64,000 bases of DNA. Source: Octopus sinensis (Eukaryota). The stretch covers positions 101,122,001 through 101,186,000 of the forward strand of contig NC_043004.1 in NCBI RefSeq assembly GCF_006345805.1, read 5' to 3'. The notes beneath the pieces are model-generated. The model saw only the letters and a list, made by a program, of their open reading frames with translations. It was not told the DNA's origin and made no database searches. The position numbers and the translations under genes are program-made. Numbering within the stretch: position 1 is the stretch's first letter; each line of letters begins with the position of its first letter. This document shows positions 12,289 through 24,650 of this stretch, piece by piece.

Positions 12289-12915
12289 CTCATATATAAT
12301 TATATATATATACACACACACAACCACTCGCATATAATTATATATATATATATACACTCACACAGCCACTCGTATATAATTATATATATATACACTCACA
12401 CAGCCACTCGTATATAATTATATATATATATACGCACACACGATAAACACCGACCTAGCCAATACTCAGAGCTTTGTGGAGAATGAGAAATTCACAGAAG
12501 AAATCATTTTCTTGAAGAAAGTAAAATAGTGACGGTGAGAACGTTTGAGAACCACAAAGAAATAATAATCAACAACGTGTGTGTGTTTACACCGATATTC
12601 CAGAAACTCTGGTTAAGAAATCCTATACTTATGTAAAATAATAATAATTTCGGGATACAGCCTGTAATACGGCTTTTCCGAAATTCCCATAAATTTTCAC
12701 AATTTAAAACAAAAAGAAACTATAATCAAGGTGCACATATGACGCAGGCGTTGCTGTGTGGTAAGAAGGTTGTTTCTCAATTACATGGTCCCGGATTCAG
12801 TCCCACGGCGTGGCACCTTCGGCATGTGGTTTCTACTTCAGACCGACCAAATCCTTGTGAGCGAATTTGGTAGACGAAAACTGAAAGAAATCCATCATAT
12901 TTTCTTTTTCTTTTT

Positions 12916-12946
<31 letters not shown>

Positions 12947-13566
12947 TTTTTTGAAAAATTGAAATTTTACAAACCAGTTTTATTCAGAATCATAATCTTC
13001 GTTTTTTCTACGTATTTCGCAAAAAGAAAAATTTCCGGGAAAAGTGAAAAAATAAGGAGGGGGGGGGGTAATTGAAATTTTAAAAATGCGATTTTTCGAA
13101 AATTATTTTTACATAATCGGATCCTCCATAACCAAAAACGTGGAATTCCGTAAAGAAGATCAATATATATCAATCTTACCGGAAGTTATGACGGAAAAAT
13201 CGGATCTTGTGAATTTTCCGAAAGTCCCCTCTCCACCACAGCGTCGTCAACGCGCATTTTTTTTTTCTTATTCGTTTTCCACATACTTGTTAACCCCCCC
13301 ACACACACACTAGGCTGGTTAATTTTTGTTTTTGTTACCGGGTGAGGATCTTTATATTGACCTAAGTTCTTGAAAGCAGTGCCCCAGCATGGCCGCAGTC
13401 TAGTAACTGAAATAATTAAAAGATAAAAGATAATATGTATTTAGTGTGGCATTTTAAAATTCTCGGCTTAACCTCCTTTCTCCCCTCCCATATCTTCCTC
13501 CTCCCCCATTCTCTGTATGTTTTTGTTGCTTATAGCTTACCAATTCAATTCTTTAAATGTATTTTT

Positions 13567-13960
13567 GCATCTTTTCCACGTAACTAAAAAATTTTAAACT
13601 TCGTATACTGGTAGAATGTGTTTATAAAACATCTTTCTCTCTTGGTTTTATTGAGAAAATTCTATTGCTTGTAAGATTTTTTTTTCTTCAATTTCTGCAA
13701 TTTCAACCAATCAATGACGTCTATTGAGGTAAAAACATTCTGTGCCATATGAATATGTCCCTCGTTTAAGAAACAGATTGGGTTTATTTACATTTGTGAA
13801 GAAAAAAAAGATACCCTTCCCCCCATCCCTAACCCTAACCCTAAAATAGATTGAAATGCAATAGATTGAAATGCAATAGATCGATACTAGGGTCATAATT
13901 ATGGGTGACAATTTCATATGACACCGCTGGAAAAAACTGCCGTTCAAACCGAAAAGATCC
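13567..13960 (-). mobile_element. GGATC-TIR MITE with one TIR partly deleted
   Basis: Perfect 8-bp TSD gtattttt (13559-13566 / 13961-13968); internal (ccctaa)n. Confidence 0.85.
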
Positions 13961-14794
13961 GTATTTTTTTCTCCGTTTTATTTGTCGTTCCTCTCTCACC
14001 AACACTTTTGCCAATACCTACCTTGTTTTCTCTCTTCCTCTTATTCGATTATCCCTACAAGGCCTTCCTGTATCAGAGGGCTACATCTCCATCATCCTTC
14101 CCAACCCCTTTTTAAACCTTTGTATGCTATGCATATGTCCCTTCTTTTCCAGTGTGTACTTTCTTCCTTTTTTTTTTAATCATTTCATTATAAGTAAACC
14201 TCCCCATTTTATATCTGTCTTTGTATTCTCCCCTTCATTTTTAACCCTTTGTTGCAAATAAATAAAATCATCATCATCATACTCATTATCATTATTATTA
14301 TTGAATCAGAGAGCAGTGCATGCCATCAAAGTGATACTGGGGTAAAATATACAAAGCCCAGTATACCCATCACGACTACCCGTCTGATAAGGGTACACCA
14401 GACACATGCATCACAACCATATGTGCGCGACATGGTGATCTCATATCAAGATAAACAGCGCATGACTTTGCAGGTGGGGCCCAGTCAGATTTTTCTTCTG
14501 GTCGAGTAGCACATTCCGCTCAAAAGGTCCCTGAATAAGGGTTCTTTAAGGATGTTGAACGAGCCACCCATGTTTCCAAAGGTGAATTATCCAAACCTCC
14601 TAGAATTCCTTTCAACACATGGCTATGATGCTCCCCAACTACTTCTGCTCGTGATCAGAGATGCACATATCGTCAGCCACTAAAGGACATGCTCAACTGG
14701 TTTAGGCCAAACAACTGACAAGCAAATCTGTGGTATTCAGCAGAATATTTGCTGCAGCCCATCTTTTATAGCAAGACAAAACAATGTCTTATTA

Positions 14795-14826
<32 letters not shown>

Positions 14827-14851
14827 CAACATACTCGCCAACACCTACCCA

Positions 14852-15077
14852 TTTCTTTATTACCCACAAGGGGCCAAACATAGAAGGGACAAACAAGGAC
14901 AGACATAGGTATTAAGTCGATTACATCGACCCCAGTGCGTAACTGGTACTTAATTTATCGACCCCGAAAGGATGAAAGGTAAAGTCGACCTCAGCGGAAT
15001 TTGAACTCACAACGTAACGGCAGACGAAATACCGCTAAGCATTTCGCCCGACGTGCTAACGTTTCTGCCAGCTCGCC
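14852..15077 (-). mobile_element. SINE family B
   Basis: Homology to 9697-9926. Confidence 0.9.
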
Positions 15078-15834
15078 AACACCCCCCCACACACCCGTGC
15101 CCCCGCCCCCACACTTCTCTGTTTTGTGCACCAATTCAACTGTTCTGGGTCATGCTATAAACTTTAATCATGCATCCCATTTGCACTGTATGAATCACCC
15201 GCATCGCCCCCAACTCACGCCTCTTGACATCATTCTTCCACTGTTTTTCAGTTTTTCATTTTTCATTTTTGCGTTAGTAAAACATCAAATAATATTGGAT
15301 AAGTTCTTCGCTCTTGCAGCCTGATAATGATCTAAAGAGAATAATGCTCTTCTTCCTTCAAATAACTTCCATTGCAACACCTCCGATCACACTGCAGTTT
15401 TTTGGGGGTTTTGGCTTTTTGTAATGTGGACATACTCTATTCTGCGATTATCATTGAATTCTTATTCATTCGGCTTATCATTTCCCTTCAAATGTTTTTT
15501 TGTTTTTTGTTTTTTGGTTTTTTTTTTTTTTTTTCATGCATTCATATTGTACTACGTGCATTAAGGGTGCTGGTAGGTTTCGTTTTTTTTTTTTTTTTGC
15601 TTTATTTCTTTTTTGTTGTTGTTGTTGTTGTTGTTGTTTTTTCTACTTCCCCCCCCCCTCGAAATAAATTTGTTGGTGCAACATCTCATTTTATGACATG
15701 GAAATAAGTGGGGTGGGGGTGGGGGTGGAAATGAACATCGCCTTGCAGAATTTTGCATTATGGTAAGATAAGTGAGGAACGTAGGATTCCGTATCAACGT
15801 GGGTGGTGCTTACGTACCACACACACACACACAG

Positions 15835-15916
15835 TAGATAGAGAGACAGACAGATATATAGATAGACAGATAGATATATAGACAGATAGATATATAGATA
15901 GATAGACAGTATATAT

Positions 15917-15989
<73 letters not shown>

Positions 15990-16017
15990 TCGATAGGTAG
16001 GTAGGTAGGTAGGTAGG

Positions 16018-16093
<76 letters not shown>

Positions 16094-16108
16094 CAGACAG
16101 ATAGATAG
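15835..16108. repeat. Compound (GATA)n/(GACA)n/(GGTA)n microsatellite
   Basis: Directly visible. Confidence 0.95.
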
Positions 16109-16589
16109 CTATAGTTATGTGTCGTACAGTTGCTGTAAAAACCGCTCCCAACAAAATATTTGGAATAAGTAGCAAATTACGTTGAATCTTTCAGCTTGAA
16201 ATATTCATTCTGATAATAATTTGGGTATTAAATACTTTTAAACAAAGCTGATATTATTATGTATACATTTGTGTGGAAGTGAGTGGGGGACAGCATTTCT
16301 TGTGAACATTCTATGTCGAAAGAGTATATCGTTGAAGAGGTCACATATGGAGACGAAATGTCTTTGATAACCATGACTAATTCAACAACCAAATGGTTAA
16401 CTAAACAACCGATTAGGTAGTTGGGTAAGTAGTTAACCAATTAACGACTAATAAAGAAGTGAAATAGAACTAGTGCGTGTGTTTGTTATTGACATACTGA
16501 CCGTTCCGAGGTACAACAACAAAAAATTACCGTCCTAATGGTTTTCTTTTTTTTTGACCCACTTTTGTTAAGGATTTGACGTCGGACTA

Positions 16590-16822
16590 GCGGCGAGCTG
16601 GCAGAAACGTTAGCACGCCGGGCGAAATGCGTAGCCGTATTTCGTCTGCCGTTACGTTCTGAGTTCAAATTCCGCCGAGGTCGACTTTGCCTTTCATCCT
16701 TTCGGGGTCGATTAAATAAGTACCAGTTACACACTGGGGTCGATATAATCGACTTAATCTGTTTGTCTGTCCTTGTTTGTCCCCTCTGTCTTTAGCACCT
16801 TGTGGGTAATAAAGAAATAGGT
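16590..16822 (+). mobile_element. SINE family B
   Basis: Homology to 9697-9926. Confidence 0.9.
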
Positions 16823-17054
16823 ATCTTAAATACCGCTAATTCTGAATTCAAATCTTACCGAAAATGACTCCATCTTTCATCGTTCTGAGATCAAGTAAGA
16901 ACAAGTCGTGAACTAGGATTGCTATCAAGAACTGTTCTACAGTCACTCCAAATTTCAACAGAGCTATTCAATCCCCTATTAATGCTTGTTTGTTAATTGA
17001 AAGGTCAAGCAGTTAACTCTACTTTTCTGAGTATTTCGTGGGGGTAAATAAAAT

Positions 17055-17360
17055 AGGCATAGGCGTGGCTATGTGGTAAGAAACTTGCTTCCCAAGCACA
17101 TGGTTCCAGGTTCGGTCCAACTGCTTTTACTATAGCCTCGAGCCGATCAAAGCTTTGTGAGTGGATTTAGTAGACGAAAGCTGAAAGAAGCCCGTCATAT
17201 ATATATAATATGAGTGTGTGTGTTTTTGTGTCTATGTCCCCTCCCCGCCCATCATCGCTTTACAACCGATGTTGGTGTGTTTAGGTCCCCATAACTTAGC
17301 GGTTCGGCGCAAAAGAAACCGATAGAATAAGTACTAGGCTTACAAAGAATTAGTCCTGGG
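17055..17360 (+). mobile_element. SINE family A, internally deleted and 3'-truncated
   Basis: Homology to 7365-7757. Confidence 0.8.
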
Positions 17361-17448
17361 ATCCATTAGATCTTAATTAATTAAGCTTTCTGTCTATTTT
17401 ATAATTTTATCGAAAGTTATTAAGTGTTTGGATGGTACAACAAGTCTC

Positions 17449-17860
17449 AGATCTTTTCGGTTTGAACGGCAGTTTTTTCCAGCGGTATCATATGAAATTG
17501 TCACCCATAATTATGACCCTAGTATCGATCTATTGCGTTTCAATCTGTTTTAGGGTTAGGGTTAGGGGGAAGGGTATTATTTTTCTTCAGAAATGTAAAT
17601 AAACCCAATCTGTTTCTTAAACGAGAGACATATTCATACGGCACAGAATGTTCTCACCTCAATAGACGTCCATTGATTGGTTGAAATTGCAGAAATTGAA
17701 GAAAAAACAACAACAAATATCTTACGAACTATAGAATTTTCTCAATAAAGCCAAGAGAAAAAGATGTTTTATAAACACATTTTACCAGTATACGAAGTTT
17801 AAAAGTGTTTAGTTACGTGGAAATTATTTTTAAAAACTGCCGGTCAAACTGAAAAGATCC
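17449..17860 (+). mobile_element. GGATC-TIR MITE, complete
   Basis: Perfect 8-bp TSD caagtctc (17441-17448 / 17861-17868); ~25-bp TIRs. Confidence 0.92.
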
Positions 17861-18905
17861 CAAGTCTCTGAATTTTTCAATTGTTCAGCTATGTCTATGA
17901 CCTATATTTGTGAGTATTTCACTTATTGAAAATACCCTCTCAATCTTGTGGCTCTAATTAGGTTATGCTATAATGACCCCGAATCACATTGTTTCATCTA
18001 ACGCTGTACTTATAGGGAAGGTGTCATGAGCGCTAGCTGAGGTTATATGCGTGTCTTTCTACTGTGGAAGCTACTAAACATAAGCACGGACGATGATATC
18101 AATCGTTCACTGTGGTTAAAAAATGGTTTTGTCCAATTGTGACAAGAAACGTGTTACACACACACGATTTATCAGAATGTATGTCTGTCCAGCATTCGGA
18201 AACTATGAAACGACCGCTATTTCATCAGATATGACCACAATATTTTGAGATCGAGCTGCTGGTTACTTTTGCCGTTCGGTATACCATTTTGAGGCTCCTT
18301 GCTTTTGAATCCTTTTCTATTTCCGTTAACATTTACGAGACTGACTCAGAAAGTTATACAAATAAAGGTTGCTTTACTTTCTGACTCACCCTCCAATAAC
18401 GCTTTGTTAGTACATGATCCGTTGAAGTGCTAAATGTGTTGTTGCATGGAAGGTGGAGGCCCCAAATTTAATGTTTAAGAATTAATTTTATACAAGCGTA
18501 CTCTACGAAGTTCAAGCAAGTGAAATCCAATGATAATTTTAAAAGCTACCCGGGGTGATAGCAATGAAAACGTAGACAAGCCGATATATAACTCTTCCTC
18601 TTTTTCCATCTGTTCTCTCTCTTTACGGCTGTCCCTCATTCTTTTCAACTCATCAAGCGAGAGAGAGAGGGGGGGAGGCAGGGATAACAAGAGAAAAAGA
18701 AAGATTAAACAGAAACTGAATTTGGAAGAAAAACAAAGAGTTTGACATCACTCAAACGTAATCTTTCTGTTACTGACACCACGATATTTTCCCAATTATA
18801 CGTATTTCTACTTTTTGCTGATAGTTCTCTTTTTCAACATCCTGTCTTTCTTCGTTTCTTGTCTTGGCATAAAGTTGGGTATGTTTGAAAGGGATTTAGA
18901 TGCTA

Positions 18906-19300
18906 CTAGCAGTATCGCCCAGCGTTGCTCGGGTTTGTAAGGGAAATAACTATATAAGCATTTTTAGAGGTGTAAAGTATAATAGCCATCTCAATATGGC
19001 TAACCACAAAGGGGGGGGTTACTGTAGCATTTTACGTTCTGAGATTTAATAATAAATTTTTAGAGAGTTACTTCCCTTATATATGCCAAAAATGCATTAA
19101 AAATGGGAAAAATTGATGGTAATTTTTTTTTTTAATCGTAGACTCATCGTAGACGCGCGCTAATACCCAGAAGGGCTCGATATGAATCACGACTATAAGA
19201 TACCCGGTTTTGGTTAAACTGCACCGCAAAATGTGGGAGTAGTTAGGAATCTAAATCGTAGGAGACAGACAGCACCCATCCTTACTTTTATATATAAAGA
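18906..19300 (-). mobile_element. Non-autonomous Helitron
   Basis: rc begins A|TC and ends with hairpin cccgagcaacgctggg then CTAG|T; no TSD; relative at 61700-62224. Confidence 0.85.
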
Positions 19301-19651
19301 TTTCTCAAAATAGCTGGATCGTCAGTACATCACAAGGACAGTTGTTCAAAATTGTTGGACTGTACTTGTAGATAAACCCGCCACGTGAAACGTTTGTTTT
19401 CATGTGGTCATCTTCAGTTTGATATTGCAAGAGTTAAAAAATTTGACTTTTCTCCATTATATCAACAGAGGGCAATATAAAGAATTTTGATTTGTCTCTG
19501 ACGTTTTGAATTGGACAAATAACCGTAATTTCTAATTTAGTGAAATTTGATTAAGAATCTCTTTTATTTGTCAATTAGTTTGTAATTTGTGTCAAAATCA
19601 ACAGATTGGTGCATTGTCTTACTCAGATGCACTAATCAGTCAGTGTCAAGT

Positions 19652-20038
19652 TTTGGAAGCACTCCGTCGGTTACGACGATGAGGGTTCCGGTTGATCCGA
19701 ATCAACGGAACAGCCTGCTCGTGAAATTAACGTGTAAGTGGCTGAGCACTCCACAGACACGTGTACCCTTAACGTAGTTCTCGGGGATATTCAGTGTGAC
19801 ACAGAGTGTGACAAGGCCGGCCCTTTGAAATACAGGTACAACAGAAACAGGAAGAAAGAGTGAGAGAAAGTTGTGGTGAAAGAGTACAGCAGGGATCACC
19901 ACCATCCCCTGCCGGAGCCTCGTGGAGCTTTAGGTGTTTTCGCTCAATAAACACTCACAACGCCCGGTCTGGGAATCGAAACCGCGATCCTATGACCGCG
20001 AGTCCGCTGTCCTAACCACTGGGCCATTGCGCCTCCAC
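19652..20038 (-). mobile_element. SINE family C (tRNA-derived head), 30-bp TSD
   Basis: Head gtggaggcgcaatggcccagtggttagg...ggtttcgattcc; TSD actcagat(g/a)cactaatcagtcagtgtcaag at 19621-19650 and 20040-20069. Confidence 0.92.
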
Positions 20039-20107
20039 GACTCAGATACACTAATCAGTCAGTGTCAAGCAGCTGTGTGTGTGTGCGTGTGCGTGCATGC
20101 ATGCGTA

Positions 20108-20247
20108 TCATTATTATTATTGAAGACATCAGGGATTTGTACCGTCTATCAACGAACCACAAGGGTCTCAGGCAGACAGTACTTTACACAGTATTTGTGC
20201 TGTTCCAAGTAAAGCCGATTTTTGCAATACACTAAGATTATGGTATT
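20108..20247 (-). pseudogene. 3' end of R4/Dong-like non-LTR retrotransposon
   Basis: rc translation LSVLQKSALLGTAQILCKVLSA*, then short UTR and (TAA)n tail. Confidence 0.65.
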
Positions 20248-20249
20248 TC

Positions 20250-20880
20250 ATCAGCCTCTACGTTCTGAGTTCAAATTCCGCCAAGGTCGACATTGCCCTT
20301 CATCCTTTCGGGGTTGATGAAATAAGTACCAATTATGCACTAGGGTCAATGTAATTGACTAGCCCCCTTCCCCAAAAATTTTTAAGGCCTTGTGCCTAGA
20401 GTAATAACAATAATAATAATTATTATTATTATTAAGGTGGCAAGCTGGCAGAATCGTTAGCATGCCGGGCAAAATGTTTAGTGGCATTTGGTCCATCTTT
20501 ACATTCTGAGTCCAAATTCTGCTGAGGTCAACTTTGCCTGTCATCCTTTCGGGGTTGATAAAATAAGTACCAATTGAGTACTAGGGTCAATGTAATAGAC
20601 TAGTCCCCCTTCCCTAAATTTCAGTCTTTGTGCCGATAGTAGAGCGGATTATTATTGTTACGGCAGCAAGCTGGCAGAATTGTTAGAATCCTGGGCAATA
20701 TGCTTAGTGACATTTCGTCTGTCCTTACGTTCTGAGTTCAAATTCCACCGAGGTCGACTTTACCTTTCATCTTTTCGGAGTCAGTAAAATAAGTGCCAGT
20801 AGAGCACTGGGGTCGATGAAAGTGACTAGTTCCCCTTCGCCGAACTTGCTGGCTTTATGCCAAAATTTGAAACCATTATT
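20250..20880 (+). mobile_element. Three head-to-tail family B SINEs with an alternative tail
   Basis: Central domain repeated three times (~20250, 20434, 20660); tail ccccttccc...ggccttgtgcc then (AAT)n/(ATT)n. Confidence 0.85.
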
Positions 20881-21530
20881 ACTAGGCTGAGGAAACAGTT
20901 TGTGCGCCGTGTTAAAATAAAGATCTTTTATGCAAGAATTTATTCAAAAACAACAACAACTATCCTTCAAAATAAAGACCATCTTTTCCCATGGTGTTCT
21001 GCCAATGATCTGCAAGCTTTCGGATTTGGTCAAAGTACCAATTCTTCAGCTTTGAATTGCAAAATTCTTGACAGGCTTCTTCAACTTCGTCAAATGACTC
21101 AAATCAGTGGCCTTTCATAAAGTGCTGCATTGATCACAAGAGACCGCAGTTAAACTGGCTGCGGCACTATCCAATTCTTTAATCTTGTTGCTGGTCTTGC
21201 TGCTGTTGCTGTTGAGCGAACGGTCTCCGTCCCAGAGCTTGCAAGATGGGAGAAGTCCGAAACGTGGTCCTTTGCTATTCTTAATACCTGCAGAAGAGAA
21301 AGCAGGTCAACCCCCTTGGAGCAAAAGAGTACAACAGGGGTTGCCACCACCCCCTGCCGGAGCCTTGCGGAGCTTTAGGTGTTTTCACTCAATAAACACA
21401 CACAACGCCCAGTCTGGGAATCGAAACCGCAATCCTACAACCGCGAGTCTGCTCCCCTAGCCATTGGGCCATTGCGCCTCAACTGCTGGCCTTGCTGAAA
21501 TAAAGGACGTTTTCAACGAACAAGTCTTGG
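20880..21530 (-). pseudogene. Decayed mariner transposase C-terminus interrupted by a SINE
   Basis: rc: L*SMQHFMKGH*FESFDEVEEACQEFCNSKLKNWYFDQIRKLADHWQNTMGKDGLYFEG* (stop at 20960-20962); TIR-like tactaggctgaggaaacagtttgtgcg at 20880. Confidence 0.85.
21203..21481 (-). mobile_element. SINE with family C head and a different 3' tail
   Basis: 14-bp TSD tgctgg(t/c)cttgctg at 21189-21202 and 21484-21497; (CAACAG)n-like end. Confidence 0.8.
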
Positions 21531-21944
21531 GTACTTTTTTCAACAGCGAGTCAGAACATGACATGAACTGAATGACCACACACACCACAAAAATATATTA
21601 AACAGTATTCTTGTAACACAGCACACAAACTTTTTCCTCAACCTTAATATTATTATTATTATTATTATTATTATGTTATGTTCAGTTGTTGTTGATGATG
21701 ATGATGATGATGATGCTTGCTATTTGTTGTCATTATTGTACCTAATAGATTCTTCTTCCTTTTTTTGCAGCTTGAACCAAACTTTGTGTCTCTGTGACCT
21801 TTGACCAACAAAGCAAAAATATAGGAAACCCAAAAAGTAAATAACATTATTTATATTTCTTTATTGTTTTATTGCTTTTAAGTGTTTATTTTATTCGTTT
21901 TAATATGTGTTTTAAACTCAATTATAGAACTGCATACCATATAA

Positions 21945-22541
21945 GGTAGTGGTGGTGGTGGTGGTGGTGGTAGTGGTGATGGTCGTCGTAGTGATAAAAA
22001 GGGTAGAAAATAATGACAGTCATGATGATGGTGATGATGATGATGGTAGCAGTGGTAGTGGTGAGTGGAAGGGTAGGAGGTGACGACAGTAACGATGATG
22101 ATGATGATGATGATGATGGTGATAATCATAGTAGTGATGATGCTGATGTCGGTAATGGTGATGGGGTTGGTTTTATGAAAATGATAATAATTAAAGCATT
22201 TACAATGATGAGAATGATTAAGAAAAGGAAAGTAAGGGTGGAAGGGAGTCTGATCTCTGGCATCATTATTTACAGAGGGGCAGCACCATAATAGGATATC
22301 TCTATATAAAGTAATTACTTCATGGCTCACACCCTAAGTAAACATTACCCCTATCTATAATATTAGAAATTCTTTCTGACAAAAGAATGCTGTTTCATTA
22401 TATATACATATATATATATGTATATATATACACACACACATAAAATTCATTTAGAGCAAAAGAATTTTTTTAATGGTGATGGTGAATGGCTAGTAGTAGA
22501 AGTAGTAATAGTAGCAGCAACAGCAGTAGCTGGAGTAGTAA

Positions 22542-22580
<39 letters not shown>

Positions 22581-22702
22581 CAGCAGCAGCAGCAGCAGCA
22601 GAAGCAGCAACAGCAGTAGAAGGAATAGTGAAAGTAGTAGCAGCAGCAGCAGCAGTAGCAACAACAGGAGTAGTAGTAGTAGTAGTAAGTAGTAGTAGTA
22701 GT

Positions 22703-22736
<34 letters not shown>

Positions 22737-22850
22737 ATTTGCAATCTTAACTATCACCACCGACAACCCCCCACCAACACCACCACCACCACCACCACTA
22801 TTACTATTACTGCTACTATTATCAGTAGTTATAGTGATGGTTGTAATGTT
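21945..22850. repeat. Mosaic trinucleotide low-complexity tract (GGT/GAT/TAG/CAG)
   Basis: Directly visible; source of poly-S/V/L/Y pseudo-ORFs. Confidence 0.9.
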
Positions 22851-22904
22851 GAACTGATTACAAGTTATTTTGGTGATATTACTCTTCAATTGATGATTTA
22901 CGTT

Positions 22905-23000
22905 ATATACACACACACATATATATCCCCAGGCCTACAATAATATATGTGTGTGTGTTCCTTCTCTTACACACACACACATACATATATATATATAGGC

Positions 23001-23052
<52 letters not shown>

Positions 23053-23206
23053 GTTTGTAAGTTTGCATGTATGTATGGATGTATTGTGTATGTATGTATA
23101 TATGTATGTATGTATGTATGTATATACGTATGTATGTATGTATGTATGTATGTATGTATGTATGTATGTGTTTGTATGTTTGCATGTATGTATGCATGCA
23201 TTCATG

Positions 23207-23240
<34 letters not shown>

Positions 23241-23340
23241 TTTATGTATGTATGTATGTATGTATGAATGTATGTATGTGTTTCTATGTTTGCATGTATG
23301 TATGCAGGCATTCATGTATGTATATATGTATGTATGTAGA
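22905..23340. repeat. (TG)n/(TATG)n microsatellite tract
   Basis: Directly visible. Confidence 0.95.
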
Positions 23341-23589
23341 CTCGTTGCACACACACCACACATTCACTCGCAATGGACCACCTATATAGCTGTAACCCAA
23401 AATAACACAATCTTCTTTTCTTCTATTTTAAACTTTTATTTGTTTGTTTATAATAATTACTCCAAAGACAACTGCCTAATTTCATCAGTTAAACAGTGTG
23501 GGGAAGAAGATATCCGTGTGATGCTCTGGAAATTTTTTTTAATGGCAATGAGTTGTACCTTAATCCTTTTCTTACCTGGTGCTATTTAA

Positions 23590-24242
23590 CCCTTTAGTGT
23601 TCAGATTATTCTATCAAACATAATGCTTATTGATTCCCATTGATTTGAATTAATCATGCATTATCTCGTATCTTCAAGATCTTGATGGTGTAATTACTTA
23701 ATGTGTGGAAGCACCCCGTCGGTTACGACGATGAGGGTTCCGGTTGATCCGAATCAACGGAACAGCCTGCTCGTGAAATTAACATGTAAGTGGCTGAGCA
23801 TTCCACAGACACGTGTACCCTTAACGTAGTTCTCGAGGAGATTCAGCGTGACACAGAGTGTGACAAGGCTGGCCCTTTGAAATACAGGTACAACAGAAAC
23901 AGGAAGAAAGAGTGAGAGAAAGTTGTGGTGAAAGAGTACAGCATGGTTCACCACCATCCCTTGCCGGAGCCTCGTGGAGCTTTTAGGTGTTTTCGCTCAA
24001 TAAACACTCACAATGCCTGGTCTGGGAATCGAAACCTCGATCCTACGACCGCGAGTCCGCTGCCCTAACCACTGGGCCATTGCGCCTCCACCGCATTATC
24101 TCATATCTTCAAGATGTTGATGGTGTAATTACTTAATGTAGAATAACATTGTAGGGTAGGTGTGAGAGCCTGGATCTGGTCAGTTTGAACATAAAACAGA
24201 TTAGCTATTTTGGCCGGAAAGGTCGGTTTAAATACTAAAGGG
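23590..24242. mobile_element. piggyBac-like MITE (TTAA) with a nested family C SINE (23706-24091, -)
   Basis: TTAA|ccctttag...ctaaaggg|TTAA; uninterrupted relative at 46760-46980; nested SINE has a 47-bp TSD. Confidence 0.88.
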
Positions 24243-24394
24243 TTAAATGCACTGCCTTTGTTTCAATTAGCTTTGAAAATAATGAAGAATTTAGGACATG
24301 ATGGAATCACTACTAAGCTGGTGTTTGACATGTAACATGGAATTTTGATGGAATGCCAAATACTACAGTTTTTGGTGTTCTAATAATAAAATGG

Positions 24395-24650
24395 TGTGGA
24401 GGCCGTGGCTTAGCGGTTAGGGTGTCAGCATCATGATCGTAAGATTGTGGTTTCGATTCCTGGACTGGACCGGGCAATGCATTGTGTTCTTGAGCAAAAC
24501 ATTTCATTTCACGTTGCTCCAGTCAACTCAGGTGGCAAAAATGAGTAACAGTGCGATGGACTGGCATCCTGTCCAGCTGGGGAACACATACGCCATGGAA
24601 ACCGGGAAACCGGGCCCATGAGCCTGGCTAGGCTTTAAATGGGCACATTT
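24395..24650 (+). mobile_element. SINE family D (tRNA head, CORE-like tgtgttcttgagcaa, V-like gcgatggactggcatcctgtccag)
   Basis: A and B boxes; relatives at 44050-44230, 24735-25037, 40640-40975, 52645-53115, 62900-63140. Confidence 0.75.

Noticed and set aside
21115-21287. Apparent minus-strand terminal exon ending in a CaaX box (...AVSCDQCSTL*) after a strong acceptor
   Set aside because: It spans the junction between a TSD-bounded SINE tail and a decayed mariner transposase, so the CaaX is a chance out-of-frame reading
21771-21836. Strong acceptor followed by a possible donor
   Set aside because: All three frames contain stops; at most a UTR exon, with no support
22418-23589. Overlapping long ORFs (poly-V/S/L/Y, CMYV repeats); similar ones at 3724-4209, 27307-27825, 42462-43132 and 63366-63949
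   Set aside because: Translations of stop-free microsatellites
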